Assembly (NCBI RefSeq): GCF_001194135.2 | Contig: NC_068990.1 | Coordinates: 60,819,599 to 60,883,598, forward strand | DNA length: 64,000 nucleotides | Source of the DNA: Octopus bimaculoides | Taxonomy: Eukaryota | Direction of reading: 5' to 3' | Shown: one piece after another, positions 34,111-46,272 of the stretch | Layout: each line of letters opens with the position of its first letter | Numbering within the stretch: the stretch's first letter is position 1 | Translations under genes and position numbers: made by a program | The notes under the pieces: generated by a model | The model's database searches: none | What the model was told of the DNA's origin: nothing | The model's input: the letters and a program-made list of their open reading frames with translations, nothing else

Positions 34111-35443
34111 CACTTACAGCCTCCCTAGGCAATGGTTATTGATTAATTGATTGTAATAATCAATAATAATCAATATAGATATAATAAATGAATATCAAAT
34201 TTGTACATCATTGAATTCATATTAACCTATATACTAAAGTTTAATTTTTTAAAAAAATTTCCTTCAAAATAATTACAATTGGAGAATTAAAACAAAACAA
34301 AAAATACACATATCCAATTTTTGGGCAATATTCGGATTTGCTTCTAATCTATGTTGGCAATTTTAATGTTTGAAGTGTCAAAAAATGCAGCTTATAACAA
34401 GGAGTGTTATGAGTACATTTGTGATGCACAAAACCCTATTTGTCAATGGAAAATGATCAAAATATTTTGATTACTTGACTTCCTAAAATTAGCAGCAAAA
34501 TCTCAGTCAAATCACATATTACCATCTTAGAAAAAGGAAAATATACATTCAATAATCTGACCCTTGAAACATATTTCCGAAGAAAAGGACAGGATGGACA
34601 TGGTGAGAATGTTTTTGATCACTTGCCAACGCTATCATGATCGCACTAAGTGTAAACTGGAGCAACAACAATAAATCTCAGGATCTTCAAGGTAATATTG
34701 TAAACCTTATTTCAATTATGCAGAGCTGCTAAATATCAAGACAGAGGAAACTAGGTGAGATTCTGATAATATACATCCGACACACATTGAATACTTCCCT
34801 GTAGGTCTTAAGAAAGAAAATTAAAAGAATTTTTGACTTAAACTGTCAGTTCTGTTATGGAGCTCAGTGCATATGAGATTCACATTCAGTGACTCAGATT
34901 GACAAACAATTATAAAAACCCTGTTGATAAAGGGCATTGTTAAATTTATTGATTTAACTTTCAATAACGACCAGATGGCTAACAAATATGACCATAAAAA
35001 TCATTGGCTTATTGATTAGAATTTCATAAGGATCTGTCTCATCACCTATCTTCTTCAAACTTGTATGCAAACATCAGTAAGCATACAGGGGTCAATTGCA
35101 CCCTGTGTGAAGGAGGGGAGTGGCTTAATGGTTGAGTTGTTGGAGTTATAATTGTAAGATTGTGGTTTCTATTCCTGGAGCAAGTGATGTGTTGTTTCCT
35201 TGAGCAAAAAACTTAATTTCACATTGATCCAGTTTACTCAACTGACAGAAATTAGTAATCCTGGGACAGATCTGCATCTCATCCAGTGGGGAAATACATG
35301 TGCCATGGAAACTGGAAAACTTATCCTATGAGTCTATATGACTTGGGAAGGCTCTTTATACTTTTATATATACCTACCTTTATATATATATATGTATGTA
35401 TGTACATATGTATACACACACACACACACACACACACATACAT

Positions 35444-35479
<36 letters not shown>

Positions 35480-35675
35480 NNNNNNNNNNNNNNNNNNNNN
35501 NNNNNNNNNNNNNNNNNNNNNNNNNNNNNNNNNNNNNNNNNNNNNNNNNNNNNNNNNNNNNNNNNNNNNNNNNNNNNNNNNNNNNNNNNNNNNNNNNNNN
35601 NNNNNNNNNNNNNNNNNNNNNNNNNNNNNNNNNNNNNNNNNNNNNNNNNNNNNNNNNNNNNNNNNNNNNNNNNTT

Positions 35676-36187
35676 ATTCTATCAGTTTCTTTTGCTGAAC
35701 TGCTAAGGTACGAGGACATAAACATACCAACATCAGATTTTCATGCTATGGTGAGGGTACAAACACAAACGCATATTTGATGGGCTTCTTGCAGTTTCCA
35801 TCTACCAAATCCACTCACAGTGGAGGCGCGTGGCCTAGTGGTTAGGGTGTCAGCATCATGATCGTAAGATTGTGGTTTCGATTCCTGGACCGGGTGACGC
35901 ATTGTGTTCTTGAGCAAAACACTTCATTTCACGTTGCTCCAGTCCACTCAGCTGGCAAAAATGAGTAATGCTGTGATGGACAGGCATCCTCTCCAGCTGG
36001 GGAACCCATACACCATTGAAACCAGGACACCAGGCCCATGAGCCTGGCTAGGCTTTAAAAGGGCGCATTTATTTATTTTCAAATCCACTCGCAAGGCTTT
36101 GGTCAGCCCGAGGCTATAGTAGAAAATACTTGCGCCCAAGTTGCCACACAGTGGGACTGAACCTGGAACCATGTGGTTGGGTAGCAG
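35676..36187 (-). mobile_element. SINE family A interrupted by a younger SINE
   Basis: Family A sequence on both sides of 35820-36079, colinear once the insert and one TSD are removed. Confidence 0.85.
35820..36079 (+). mobile_element. tRNA-derived SINE family C with 14-bp TSD
   Basis: A box TGGCCTAGTGG, B box GGTTTCGATTCC, CORE-like ttcttgagcaaaacacttcatttcacg..ccactcagctg; TSD caaatccactc(a/g)ca at 35806-35819 and 36080-36093. Confidence 0.92.
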
Positions 36188-36341
36188 TATATATGTGTAT
36201 GTGCATGTATTAATATATATATAAAAATCAAAATAAGCAACAAGGATATCCAGAGATAATGCAGTGCGATCGTTTCATGCAACTCCATTTAATTGAACAA
36301 TGTAATCATTACATCAATTTAAAATGCAGAGCAATCTTCAG

Positions 36342-36396
<55 letters not shown>

Positions 36397-37063
36397 NNNN
36401 NNNNNNNNNNNNNNNNNNNNNNNNNNNNNNNNNNNNNNNNNNNNNNNNNNNNNNNNNNNNNNNNNNNNNNNNNNNNNNNNNNNNNNNNNNNNNNNNNNNN
36501 NNNNNNNNNNNNNNNNNNNNNNNNNNNNNNNNNNNNNNNNNNNNNNNNNNNNNNNNNNNNNNNNNNNNNNNNNNNNNNNNNNNNNNNNNNNNNNNNNNNN
36601 NNNNNNNNNNNNNNNNNNNNNNNNNNNNNNNNNNNNNNNNNNNNNNNNNNNNNNNNNNNNNNNNNNNNNNNNNNNNNNNNNNNNNNNNNNNNNNNNNNNN
36701 NNNNNNNNNNNNNNNNNNNNNNNNNNNNNNNNNNNNNNNNNNNNNNNNNNNNNNNNNNNNNNNNNNNNNNNNNNNNNNNNNNNNNNNNNNNNNNNNNNNN
36801 NNNNNNNNNNNNNNNNNNNNNNNNNNNNNNNNNNNNNNNNNNNNNNNNNNNNNNNNNNNNNNNNNNNNNNNNNNNNNNNNNNNNNNNNNNNNNNNNNNNN
36901 NNNNNNNNNNNNNNNNNNNNNNNNNNNNNNNNNNNNNNNNNNNNNNNNNNNNNNNNNNNNNNNNNNNNNNNNNNNNNNNNNNNNNNNNNNNNNNNNNNNN
37001 NNNNNNNNNNNNNNNNNNNNNNNNNNNNNNNNNNNNNNNNNNNNNNNNNNNNNNNNNNNNNNN

Positions 37064-37107
<44 letters not shown>

Positions 37108-37329
37108 CATGCATATATATACATATACTGTAGGTTCTCAACATGGTTTGCATCTACCAAATTCCACTTCAGAAATATTATGTTAGTAAAATGGAAGAAC
37201 AATCTTCTCATGCATCTACCAATATAGAGTATGGCCATTATTTCTAGCTCCCCACATATTTTTGTATCAAATCTTCTCACTTAATATAATGACAATTTTA
37301 CTAAAATTGGTGTGCTTACTATGATGAAG

Positions 37330-37495
37330 ACTATGATGAAGATATTCTTTGTACTGTAAATTTGAAGAGCTGGCAATTAATAAGTTGTCAATATAAGCAA
37401 AAGCAATATCCAAACCATGAATAACTTTAACTAACGAATCTCTGGAGTGAATTTTCTGAATTCCACAGATCAAATGGAATTCTCAAAACCTGATT
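37330..37495 (-). mobile_element. Ty3/Gypsy reverse transcriptase scrap
   Basis: LRIPFDLWNSENSLQRF, then a frameshift to VIHGLDIAFAYIDNLLIASS, matching MPFGLxNAxxxFQR..GLDxxFAYxDDxLIAS. Confidence 0.75.
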
Positions 37496-37539
37496 GTCCA
37501 ACGAGTGTAGTGATAAATGTCTTATGTTTATCTCATGGC

Positions 37540-38320
37540 TTACTTCATCATCATCATCATCATCGTTTAATGTCCACTTTCCATGCTAGCATGGGTTGGA
37601 CGATTTGACTGAGGACTGGTGAAACGAGATGGCTACACCAGGCTCCAATCTGATTAGGCAGAGTTTCTACAGCTGGATGCCCTTCCTAACGCCAACCACT
37701 CAGAGAGTGTAGTGGGTGCTTTTACGTGCCACCAGCACGAAGGCCAGTCAGGCGGTACTGGCAATGGCCACGCTTAAAATGGTGTATTTTATGTGCCACC
37801 TGCACAGGAGCCAGTTCGGCCGCACTGGTAACGATCTCGCTCGAATGTCTTTACATGTGCCATCCGGCACAAGTGCNNNNNNNNNNNNNNNNNNNNNNNN
37901 NNNNNNNNNNNNNNNNNNNNNNNNNNNNNNNNNNNNNNNNNNNNNNNNNNNNNNNNNNNNNNNNNNNNNNNNNNNNNNNNNNNNNNNNNNNNNNNNNNNN
38001 NNNNNNNNNNNNNNNNNNNNNNNNNNNNNNNNNNNNNNNNNNNNNNNNNNNNNNNNNNNNNNNNNNNNNNNNNNNNNNNNNNNNNNNNNNNNNNNNNNNN
38101 NNNNNNNNNNNNNNNNNNNNNNNNNNNNNNNNNNNNNNNNNNNNNNNNNNNNNNNNNNNNNNNNNNNNNNNNNNNNNNNNNNNNNNNNNNNNNNNNNNNN
38201 NNNNNNNNNNNNNNNNNNNNNNNNNNNNNNNNNNNNNNNNNNNNNNNGCTCGAATGTCTTTACATGTGCCATCCGGCACAAGTGCCAGGAAGGCGATGCT
38301 GGGCACAGGTGCCATGACGG
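37540..38320 (-). mobile_element. Family F element with upstream ~64-bp tandem units spanning a gap
   Basis: (CAT)n, then tttaatgtccactttccatgctagcatggg..cccttcctaacgccaacc..gtgccaccagcac and repeat units on both sides of gap 37877-38247. Confidence 0.85.
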
Positions 38321-38454
38321 TTTCGCTTACTTGTATTTGATTATATGCTTACACAAAATCAGGCTTAGAGACAAATGTTGGCAACACTCAAGGAAGAAGA
38401 CAACTGCAAATGAGTGGAATATGATAATTATCTGGAATATTCTTGGTGCCTCAC

Positions 38455-38489
38455 ATCTAATAATTACCCCAATGGGGTAATTATTAGAT
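38455..38489. other. Perfect 16-bp stem hairpin with 3-nt loop
   Basis: ATCTAATAATTACCCC aat GGGGTAATTATTAGAT. Confidence 0.95.
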
Positions 38490-38848
38490 ATAAGGAGAAG
38501 AAAAGAGCAATTACTGATGAAATACTGAATGGTACCAAGCTGTAATGCATGAACTTCTGGTTTCGGCATGATGTCATTGCCTTCTTCTCAAAAGTTTGAG
38601 AAAACCCTTGGCTTTGTTTTGTTAAGAGCATCTCTGGTAAATGATAAAATGCACCTAGTAACCACTGTAAAGTAGTTGCTGAAAAGAAGGGAATTTGGTC
38701 ATAAAAACCATACTAAACTTCAGTCAAGGTGTGGCTCACTGACCCATTATAGGGAACAATAATATTGAATAAAACCTAAATCAGAACTGTTACAATGTTT
38801 CTAATTCATGCAAGTATTGAAAATGGACTTTAAAAGTATATGTGTGTA

Positions 38849-38905
<57 letters not shown>

Positions 38906-39124
38906 NNNNNNNNNNAGAGAGAGAGAAAGAGAGAGAGAGAGAGAAAGAGAGAAAGAGAGAGAGTATGTGTGTGAATTCTTCAAGGCAGGAAGACTATCAC
39001 AAAATGTAAATATGAGAAATACTATACAAGTAACCCATACACATTTATGTCTGCACTTTCACTCTAAGAAAAGAAAAGAATACACACAAATGCACATTAC
39101 ATACACAAACATTACATATATACA

Positions 39125-39241
39125 CAAACATTACATACATACATACATACATGCATGCATGCATGCATGCATACATACATACATACATACATACATACAT
39201 ACATACCTACATACATACATACATACATACATACATACATT
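39125..39241. repeat. (ATAC)n/(ATGC)n tetranucleotide microsatellite
   Basis: Direct reading. Confidence 0.95.
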
Positions 39242-40409
39242 CTTTCAGTTTAAGAAGAAATTATAGGAGTGGAGAATAAATTAATATTGTATACCCTGAT
39301 TGGAAGTTATTTCATATAAAGTTATTTTGAAGAAGCTTTTACTGTTTTGTAGCAGTACATTTTCTCCCTCCATCCCAATCTCTCTCTTTTTATCTACTTA
39401 ATTTATTTAGATTTTTGTCATTCTTTTTCATTGTATCTACATATAATTATTTTCCTTGGCATCTACATGTAATTATTTTATATTTGTAAGTTTTTTTCTT
39501 TGTTTTATTTTTTTTGTTTTTGGTAAGTTTACTTGAGTGTCCAAGTTAGGTAGTTAAAGCTGTTGCAAACAAAATTTCAGCTAAATTAGATGTATGAAGA
39601 AGCTTATAAAAATCAAATTTGTTTCTCCATAAAATATTTTCGTCTTGAATATTATACAATATGAAATTGATTGATTAATATAAAAACACAGGTAACCCTC
39701 TGTTTTTTGTAAACACAATTCTTTCTGTGAGAATGAGTTAATCCCCAAATGAAATATTTATGTGCTGAAATAATCATATACCAAAGCAAAAAATTTCAGT
39801 CTAAATTATTAACATGGAAAATGCTGGAAAAAACTAAAAATAAATGAATAAACAAAAGGAAGAAAATTGATATACTGGAGACAAATACTGCAGGAAATTA
39901 CAGAACTGACATTGCACTTAAAATTGCTAATTTATTCAAGAAAGAAGGAAAAGAAATGCAAACAACATTGCTTAATATATTAAGGAAGATGGATAAAATT
40001 CATTGAAGTTTTTTAATTGCAAAGAGTTAGTTAACAAGACGTGATTTTACTTTTAAGCAAGTATGGAAGTTATAATAAGTTTCTTAATTAGGCACAAGGC
40101 CAATTTTGTTTTAGGGAAAGGTGTATAATTGATTTGTGTTGATCTCTGTTTTGGGTAATTAAACCAATTGATGTTTGTTACTGGTATTGGTTCAATATCC
40201 TATCAACCTTTGAAGGATGAAATGTAAAACTGAAAGTTGGCTGTAGATTAGAACTCAGATCAGTATTCTGACATATAAGCTGTCTTCACTACCTTCTTTA
40301 GCATAATGATTACTATGAGTGCTATAATGATTTTGACATTTTGGTGTAAGACCTCGGATTTATAAGGGAATGGAGTGGGTTATTGAATAGATACATATTT
40401 GATTTTGCG

Positions 40410-40740
40410 ATTTTGTGCCTATGAGTGATCTTGAGTATTCTGAGAAGAGTCAATCTGTGCAACCTACAGAAGACTGTGATGGAAAGAAGAGTGAGACTTG
40501 TAGGTCATTTATTCTTACTGCTAGAAGAATGACTACCCAATACTGCTATACAATGGGTACCACAAGAGGGATGAAGAAAGAGAGGGGGATCAAAGAAGAC
40601 ATGACACACTATTTTCAAAGAAGATCTGAAACAATTTAGCATTACTTGGGAAGATGCGGGTGACCATGCTCCAAACCAAAATTACTAGAAGCCTCTTGCT
40701 GCCCAATGTACTGGCCAACTGTGCAAGAGGAACTGAAACT
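40410..40740 (+). mobile_element. RTE LINE 3' ORF end, decayed
   Basis: ERRVRLVGHLF..LPNTAIQWVPQEG*RKRGGSKKT*HTIFKEDLKQFSITWEDA..LAAQC, matching RTE R.W.GHV..P..A..W.P..G.RKRGRPK.TW....EDL. Confidence 0.82.
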
Positions 40741-40964
40741 AGAACATGCTTGATCTACCTGCAGGTTTATTATACTACTGTTCTCCACTCTTCTTCTGCT
40801 GCCATTTATCGCCTCCTCCTTCCTAAGTTATGCCTGTTACCTTCTCCTCCATACTAATATTTACCATTGACCACACGTCCATTGTTGTAGGTCATTCATT
40901 ACTTTAACCTCTTGGTGGTGGTGGTGGTGGTGGTGGTGGTTTTATCTCCGATCCCAGAATTTAT

Positions 40965-41390
40965 TTTTTTTACTGAATACTTCCTTTGTGGTGATACTGT
41001 TGATGATTCTGTAGACCAATTCTTGCATAGAAGAGTTGATGACATTGACTGCATGGCAATGTTGATGGCGGGCCGAGGTTGATTTTGTTGAACCTTTCTC
41101 TCCTGCTGTTTGACTTTTTTCCTCTTCTCCAGCCACCTGTCACTCTTCCCTCACTCTCCTTTGAACTTATCCACCCACTCTTTTCATCCTCAGTCTGTAT
41201 TTTATTTTATACTCACCTTCTTGTTCCTTGAGAGTACATACTGACACCTTTATCTTATTTCTGGCTAATTCCAACCACTCCTAGGTAATATTAGGTTGTC
41301 ATGTATCTCTTTCATAGCAAGACATCTGTGCCTATTCTTCTATCATAACCTAACTTCTCAACACCTGGCATAAAGCCAACTTTTCTTCAA
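40965..41390 (-). mobile_element. RTE (BovB-type) 3' ORF end with terminal zinc finger
   Basis: STLPCSQCHQLFYARIGLQNHQQYH* is the CxxC..F.ARIGL.SH.R.H motif typical of RTE C-termini. Confidence 0.75.
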
Positions 41391-41479
41391 TTACAATCTC
41401 ATTCAGTTGAGGAATCTTCTTCTTTTCCTTTGTCTTACACATTACTTTCTGACTTCACTGCTGCTGCTACCAACCAAAA

Positions 41480-41702
41480 TCAATCCAGTATACTCTGTAA
41501 AGTGGTTAGGATTAGGAAGGCCATCCAGATGTAGACATTGGGAAGGCTATCCAGATGTAGACATTAGAAAGGCCATCCAGATGTAGAGACCATGCCAAAG
41601 GAGACATTGGAGCTTGATGCAGTCCTCTTGCTTTGTTGCCTCTGTTAAATTGTTCAATCCATGCCAGCATGGAAGATGGGCATTCAATAATGACGATGAT
41701 GA
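41480..41702 (+). mobile_element. Family F element with an internal 26-bp triplication
   Basis: att(a/g)g(g/a)aaggc(c/t)atccagatgtaga(c/g) three times at 41511-41588; ends in atgacgatgatga. Confidence 0.8.
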
Positions 41703-41744
41703 AGGTATGGTTTAGTTATATAGGTATCAGTAAAAAGTAAATGC

Positions 41745-42058
41745 CCACTTCAGTCAGGAATGACCATAGGATTGCAACTAGAAAGTTACCCTCTGAGCAA
41801 CTAGTCTGGGCAAGGTTGTTTTATGGAAGACCAGCAGTCGCCCATACATACCAACCTTCCCTCTCCATGCCACCAATGTGATCGAAGGGAAAGGCAAAGG
41901 CTGATACAGATTGGCACCAATGATGTTGCAGCTCATTTCTACTGCTGAGAAATCTGGAGCAATGTGAAATGAAGTGTCTTGCTCAAGAACACAATACACA
42001 TCCTGGTCTGGAAATCGAACTCACTACTTCATGATTGTGAACCTGATGTCCTAACTAT
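41745..42058 (-). mobile_element. tRNA-derived SINE family E
   Basis: rc has the head, ttcttgagcaagacacttcatttcacattgctccag and ..gggtaactttctagttgcaatcc; homologous to 60107-60420. Confidence 0.85.
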
Positions 42059-42458
42059 GTGCTACTGTCTAGATAAATACTTGAGTAAAGAAAAATAATA
42101 TAAAAATTTCACTTATTCTATCGTACTATTGTACTATCATGTAACTAATGATTATGATAGGTATCAAGGTACCAAAAATATATTGAGTCATAGTATCAAT
42201 TATAAATCAAGCTAAGATATAATTCATATTCTGTATGAAGGTATGAATTATATGTCGAACCAATGTATCAAGTATATATTGAACCTAGGTATTGAATATA
42301 TCTTAACTGAAGATATCATGTATATATTGTATCAACTTTATATTGAACTAAAATATCACCAATGATATTAAATATATTTTGTTGAGAAATATTTCTTTCT
42401 CTTTCATATGAATTTTTTTAAATGCCGGTCACATCCAACATTCTCCTCTTCTTGTATG

Positions 42459-42495
<37 letters not shown>

Positions 42496-42510
42496 ATANN
42501 NNNNNNNNTA

Positions 42511-42560
<50 letters not shown>

Positions 42561-44449
42561 TATCATAACCACATATATTGATATTGATGAACCAACAAGA
42601 TAAGTTCTACATGAGTGTTCAACCTGCAGGAAATAGCAGAAAATTCTCACTCAAATTACTCCATTACCCTCTTCAGAAAGGAAGAAACATTGAATAATAC
42701 AGTGCAAGATAAGCAAATAGACTGGATGATTCACAGCTGGAATGCCTTTGATCACAGATCTTTTCAGTCAGGGCTGATCTGAGACTAAACAATGCACTCA
42801 AGTCTTGTTTTTATCTACATCCTGGAAAATGTTCTTGATCTTCTGTGAAAGTTTAAACTTCTAAAATATGGATTGAATATTTATTTTTTACATACTTCCA
42901 CTAACCATTAAGATCTCTGCTGTGGTCCTGTTGCTTCTTTGAGATCACTAATGTGTTTGAAATGATAATAAGTATTTTCAAACATTATACTTGTTCAGCA
43001 AAACTCTGGCTTGCTGTACTAGAACCAAGGTAGCAGATACAACAATATAAACTGTATTGAGGAACTATAAAATTCTATAATTTTGTTATAATCATTTATC
43101 TTATAAGAATATATGTCAGATTTCATATTAGTGTTAAGGTGATTTTAATTACAGAGACTTCTTTTAATCTAAAAGGAAACCGAATAAATATAAAAATGGA
43201 TTATGAAATTAGTAATTGTAATATTAGTTTCATGACAATCAGTAAAGCTTCCAGCCAGAACAAAATTTTATTCCCTTAAGCCTTGTCTCTAGTCTTTGTA
43301 ATATATGACTACAAAGAAGCACAAAATGCATTCATTTTCTTATGAATCTAATTATGGGTCTTATGAAGCCATTAATGGTCATTAACCATCAGTGTAATTA
43401 AGATATATTTTTAATGAGTTATTTATATGACTGGTGGAAGGCTCTCTTGATGTGATGCAGACAGTTATAAAGGTTTTAGGCAAGAACAGCTACTAGAGTG
43501 GGTAGGCTCGTGGTAAGGTCAGTATCAACATAAACCAAAGAATAGCAGAAAACAAGGGAAAAGAGAAAGGGAATGGGAGGGGGGAGAGAGAGAGAGAAAA
43601 GAAGGCAGAGTGAAGTAATAGGAGTAATCAGAATGTAAGGCTGAAAATGAAACCTTGTTCCTTGTGTGTATAACATGAGCCAAATTGCAGGACAGTACTA
43701 TATAGATACATGATTCATAGATTAAATTACCCATTAATTGTTGCTTTTCATGTCCAGATGTTTTCAGTAGTTCTAACATAACTGGTTTCAGCTTTGTGTA
43801 GCAACTTGTAGTTTGTAAGGAACGCAATATGATGACATTGGTAGAAGTAGAAATATAATTGTCAGCAATTTGTAATCAATCACTGGGTTGACTGCAACCA
43901 TACACAAATCATCCTCCTCTTCCTCCTGATTATTTTTACATCCACCTTTTCATGCTTGAAGGCAATTTCTTTAGGCAGTATTCCATAGAAAGGTGTTATT
44001 CCTGACACCAAATCATTACAGCTGTTTTTTTTTTTTTTTCAAGACACTTTTAGCCCTCATCTTCACCTTTTTGAGCCTCTACCAGTTGTTTTGTATGCGG
44101 AGGACATAACATAGCCAATACTGAATGAGTGTCAGTGCGAAGACACCATAGAAACACACTAATATGTGTGTACACACATATATGTATTTATATGTGTGTA
44201 TGTATATTATTTGTATGTATGTATGTTATTCAGTTTTATTTCAAGATTTCTTGCCAGTAGAAAAAAAACTGGTTTCTAACCTAGATCCAAGGCTCCATCA
44301 TTTGAATTTCAACATCAACAGAGTATTTTTGTATGTATTGTTTTATGTATGTACTCTCATGCATATAGTTGCATGTCTAGACTTGCTCATATATACTTGA
44401 ATGATAAACTTCTGGAAAGTTTTACAGATTTTTTTAATGTATATGTATG

Positions 44450-44483
<34 letters not shown>

Positions 44484-44495
44484 TGTACATATGTA

Positions 44496-45292
44496 CAAGG
44501 GGTGTCCATTAAAGATTTCCCTTGACCCACTTCTAGTGATTGCAGAAAATGGAACTTGAACAGGCATAATCATACTACATGTCACATTGTGAATTGCAGC
44601 TTTCCACTAGCATTTGTTTACTTTTTATGGCTGCTGAAATGGACTAAGGTGTTATAATGGAGGCAATTGAATGCGGATCAGTGATCAGGTTCTTATACCT
44701 GAAAGGTTGTGCACCAAAAGAAACTTTTGATGAGATGAAAGAAGTTTATGGTGATGATGTACCATCATATGACATAATCAAGCACTGGCATTGCCAGTTC
44801 AAATATGATCAGACATCGGTGGAAACTGCTCCTATTCCTGGACAACCACATTCTGGCACTGACGATGACACCAGCCATAAAGTGGAAGCTGCCATTTTGG
44901 AGGATATCCACATGACTATTTGGCAATTAGCACAAGAAGTGAAAATAAATGTCGGGTCCATAAAAAAAAATCATTCACAACCATTTGCACATGCAAAAGT
45001 TGTCTGCATGATGGATTCCCTGGATGCTCACACCTTTACAGATGCAGGGACAAGTCAGTTGCTCCCAGGCTCTTTGGCAATGTGCCAAGAAAATGAGGAG
45101 GACTTTTTTGGCAGACTCATCACACAGGATGAAACATGGGTCCATCACTATGAGCCTGAGACTAAAGTCCAGTTGAAGCAATGGAAGCATGATAACTCAC
45201 CACCTCCAAAGGAGGCTCGTATCTAACCCTCAGCAGGCAAGGTGATGTTCACAGACTTTTGGGACCGGTGTGGAGTAGTGATGGTGGATGCT
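44496..45292 (+). mobile_element. Mariner transposon, 5' TIR plus 3'-truncated, frameshifted transposase
   Basis: TA-CAAGGGGTGTCCATTAAAG end; MEAIECGSVIRFLYLKG..ITQDETWVHHYEPETK.Q..QW..PSAGKVM..FWD; compensating frameshifts around 44960-45070; stops before the second Asp of the DDD triad. Confidence 0.95.
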
Positions 45293-46221
45293 ACACATGT
45301 GCTTGTACTTGGAAACAAGTAGCAGTTGGCAATAGAAAAGGCATCTGGCTGTAGAAAATCCTGCACCACCATACTCTCATTTGACCCGTGTATGCATAGA
45401 AAAAGTAGATGTTAAAATGTGATGAGGTTATGTGTGTATATATACAGATACACATGTACTGAACAGTTGTTATTTCAAATGAGATAGCATAACAGTTAAC
45501 CTTTACTCGAACTAGGACTGATAGGGTTAATTACCCAGTTTCTATGATGTATAAAGGACCAAAATCCCAACCCCTTGAATTAGATGCCAACCCATTGCAA
45601 GGTTGCTTACCCATTTACAGCTGAGTGGATCTGAGCAGTGTGAAATGAAGTGTTTTGTTCAAGAACACATTGGACTGTCCAATTTGGGAATTGAAACCAC
45701 TCTCTTGCAACCATGAGTGCAACACCCTAACCACTTGGCCATTTGCTTTTAAGTTTTGCTTAGAACTCCAGGTGAATTCATGTATATCCAACTTTCAATC
45801 AGGTATCAAACTTAGTTTGTTCACTGACTTTCATTTGGTATTATATACATTTGAATAGATTACAGAGTGTGTATCTAAAATCAGAATAAACTGGAAATTC
45901 AGTTGCAGTTTTTTTTTTTTTATCACATCATTAAAAAAATATATATATATATAATCTCCAGTTTTCTTCTGATCTGATATATATGTATGTATATATATAG
46001 TGCAAGGTGAGGAAAAATAAAACACACAGACAAGGTACAAAATAAACAGAGCTAGTATTAGTTAGACATTTAGAAATGAGGAGAAAAAAATAAGAAAATA
46101 CTTTTAATGTTTCAAGTATGCACTCTTCTTTGGTAAGATAGGATAGAGATGGTAAGAAAAAAAAATTGGAGAAGGAAAATTGGAGTAATAGAAATGTATA
46201 TGTATCTGACTATCATTGTAT

Positions 46222-46272
<51 letters not shown>

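Noticed and set aside
37839-38285. 38-bp identical sequence on both sides of gap 37877-38247
   Set aside because: Collapsed tandem array or contig overlap; not treated as a separate biological duplication.
42120-42370. Degenerate TATCAA/TATTGAA repeats with a 12-bp hairpin
   Set aside because: Low-complexity AT-rich sequence in which such a stem is plausible by chance.
44657-45226. 189-aa ORF as a functional or domesticated transposase
   Set aside because: The middle is out of frame between compensating frameshifts, a stop follows, and the DDD triad is incomplete.
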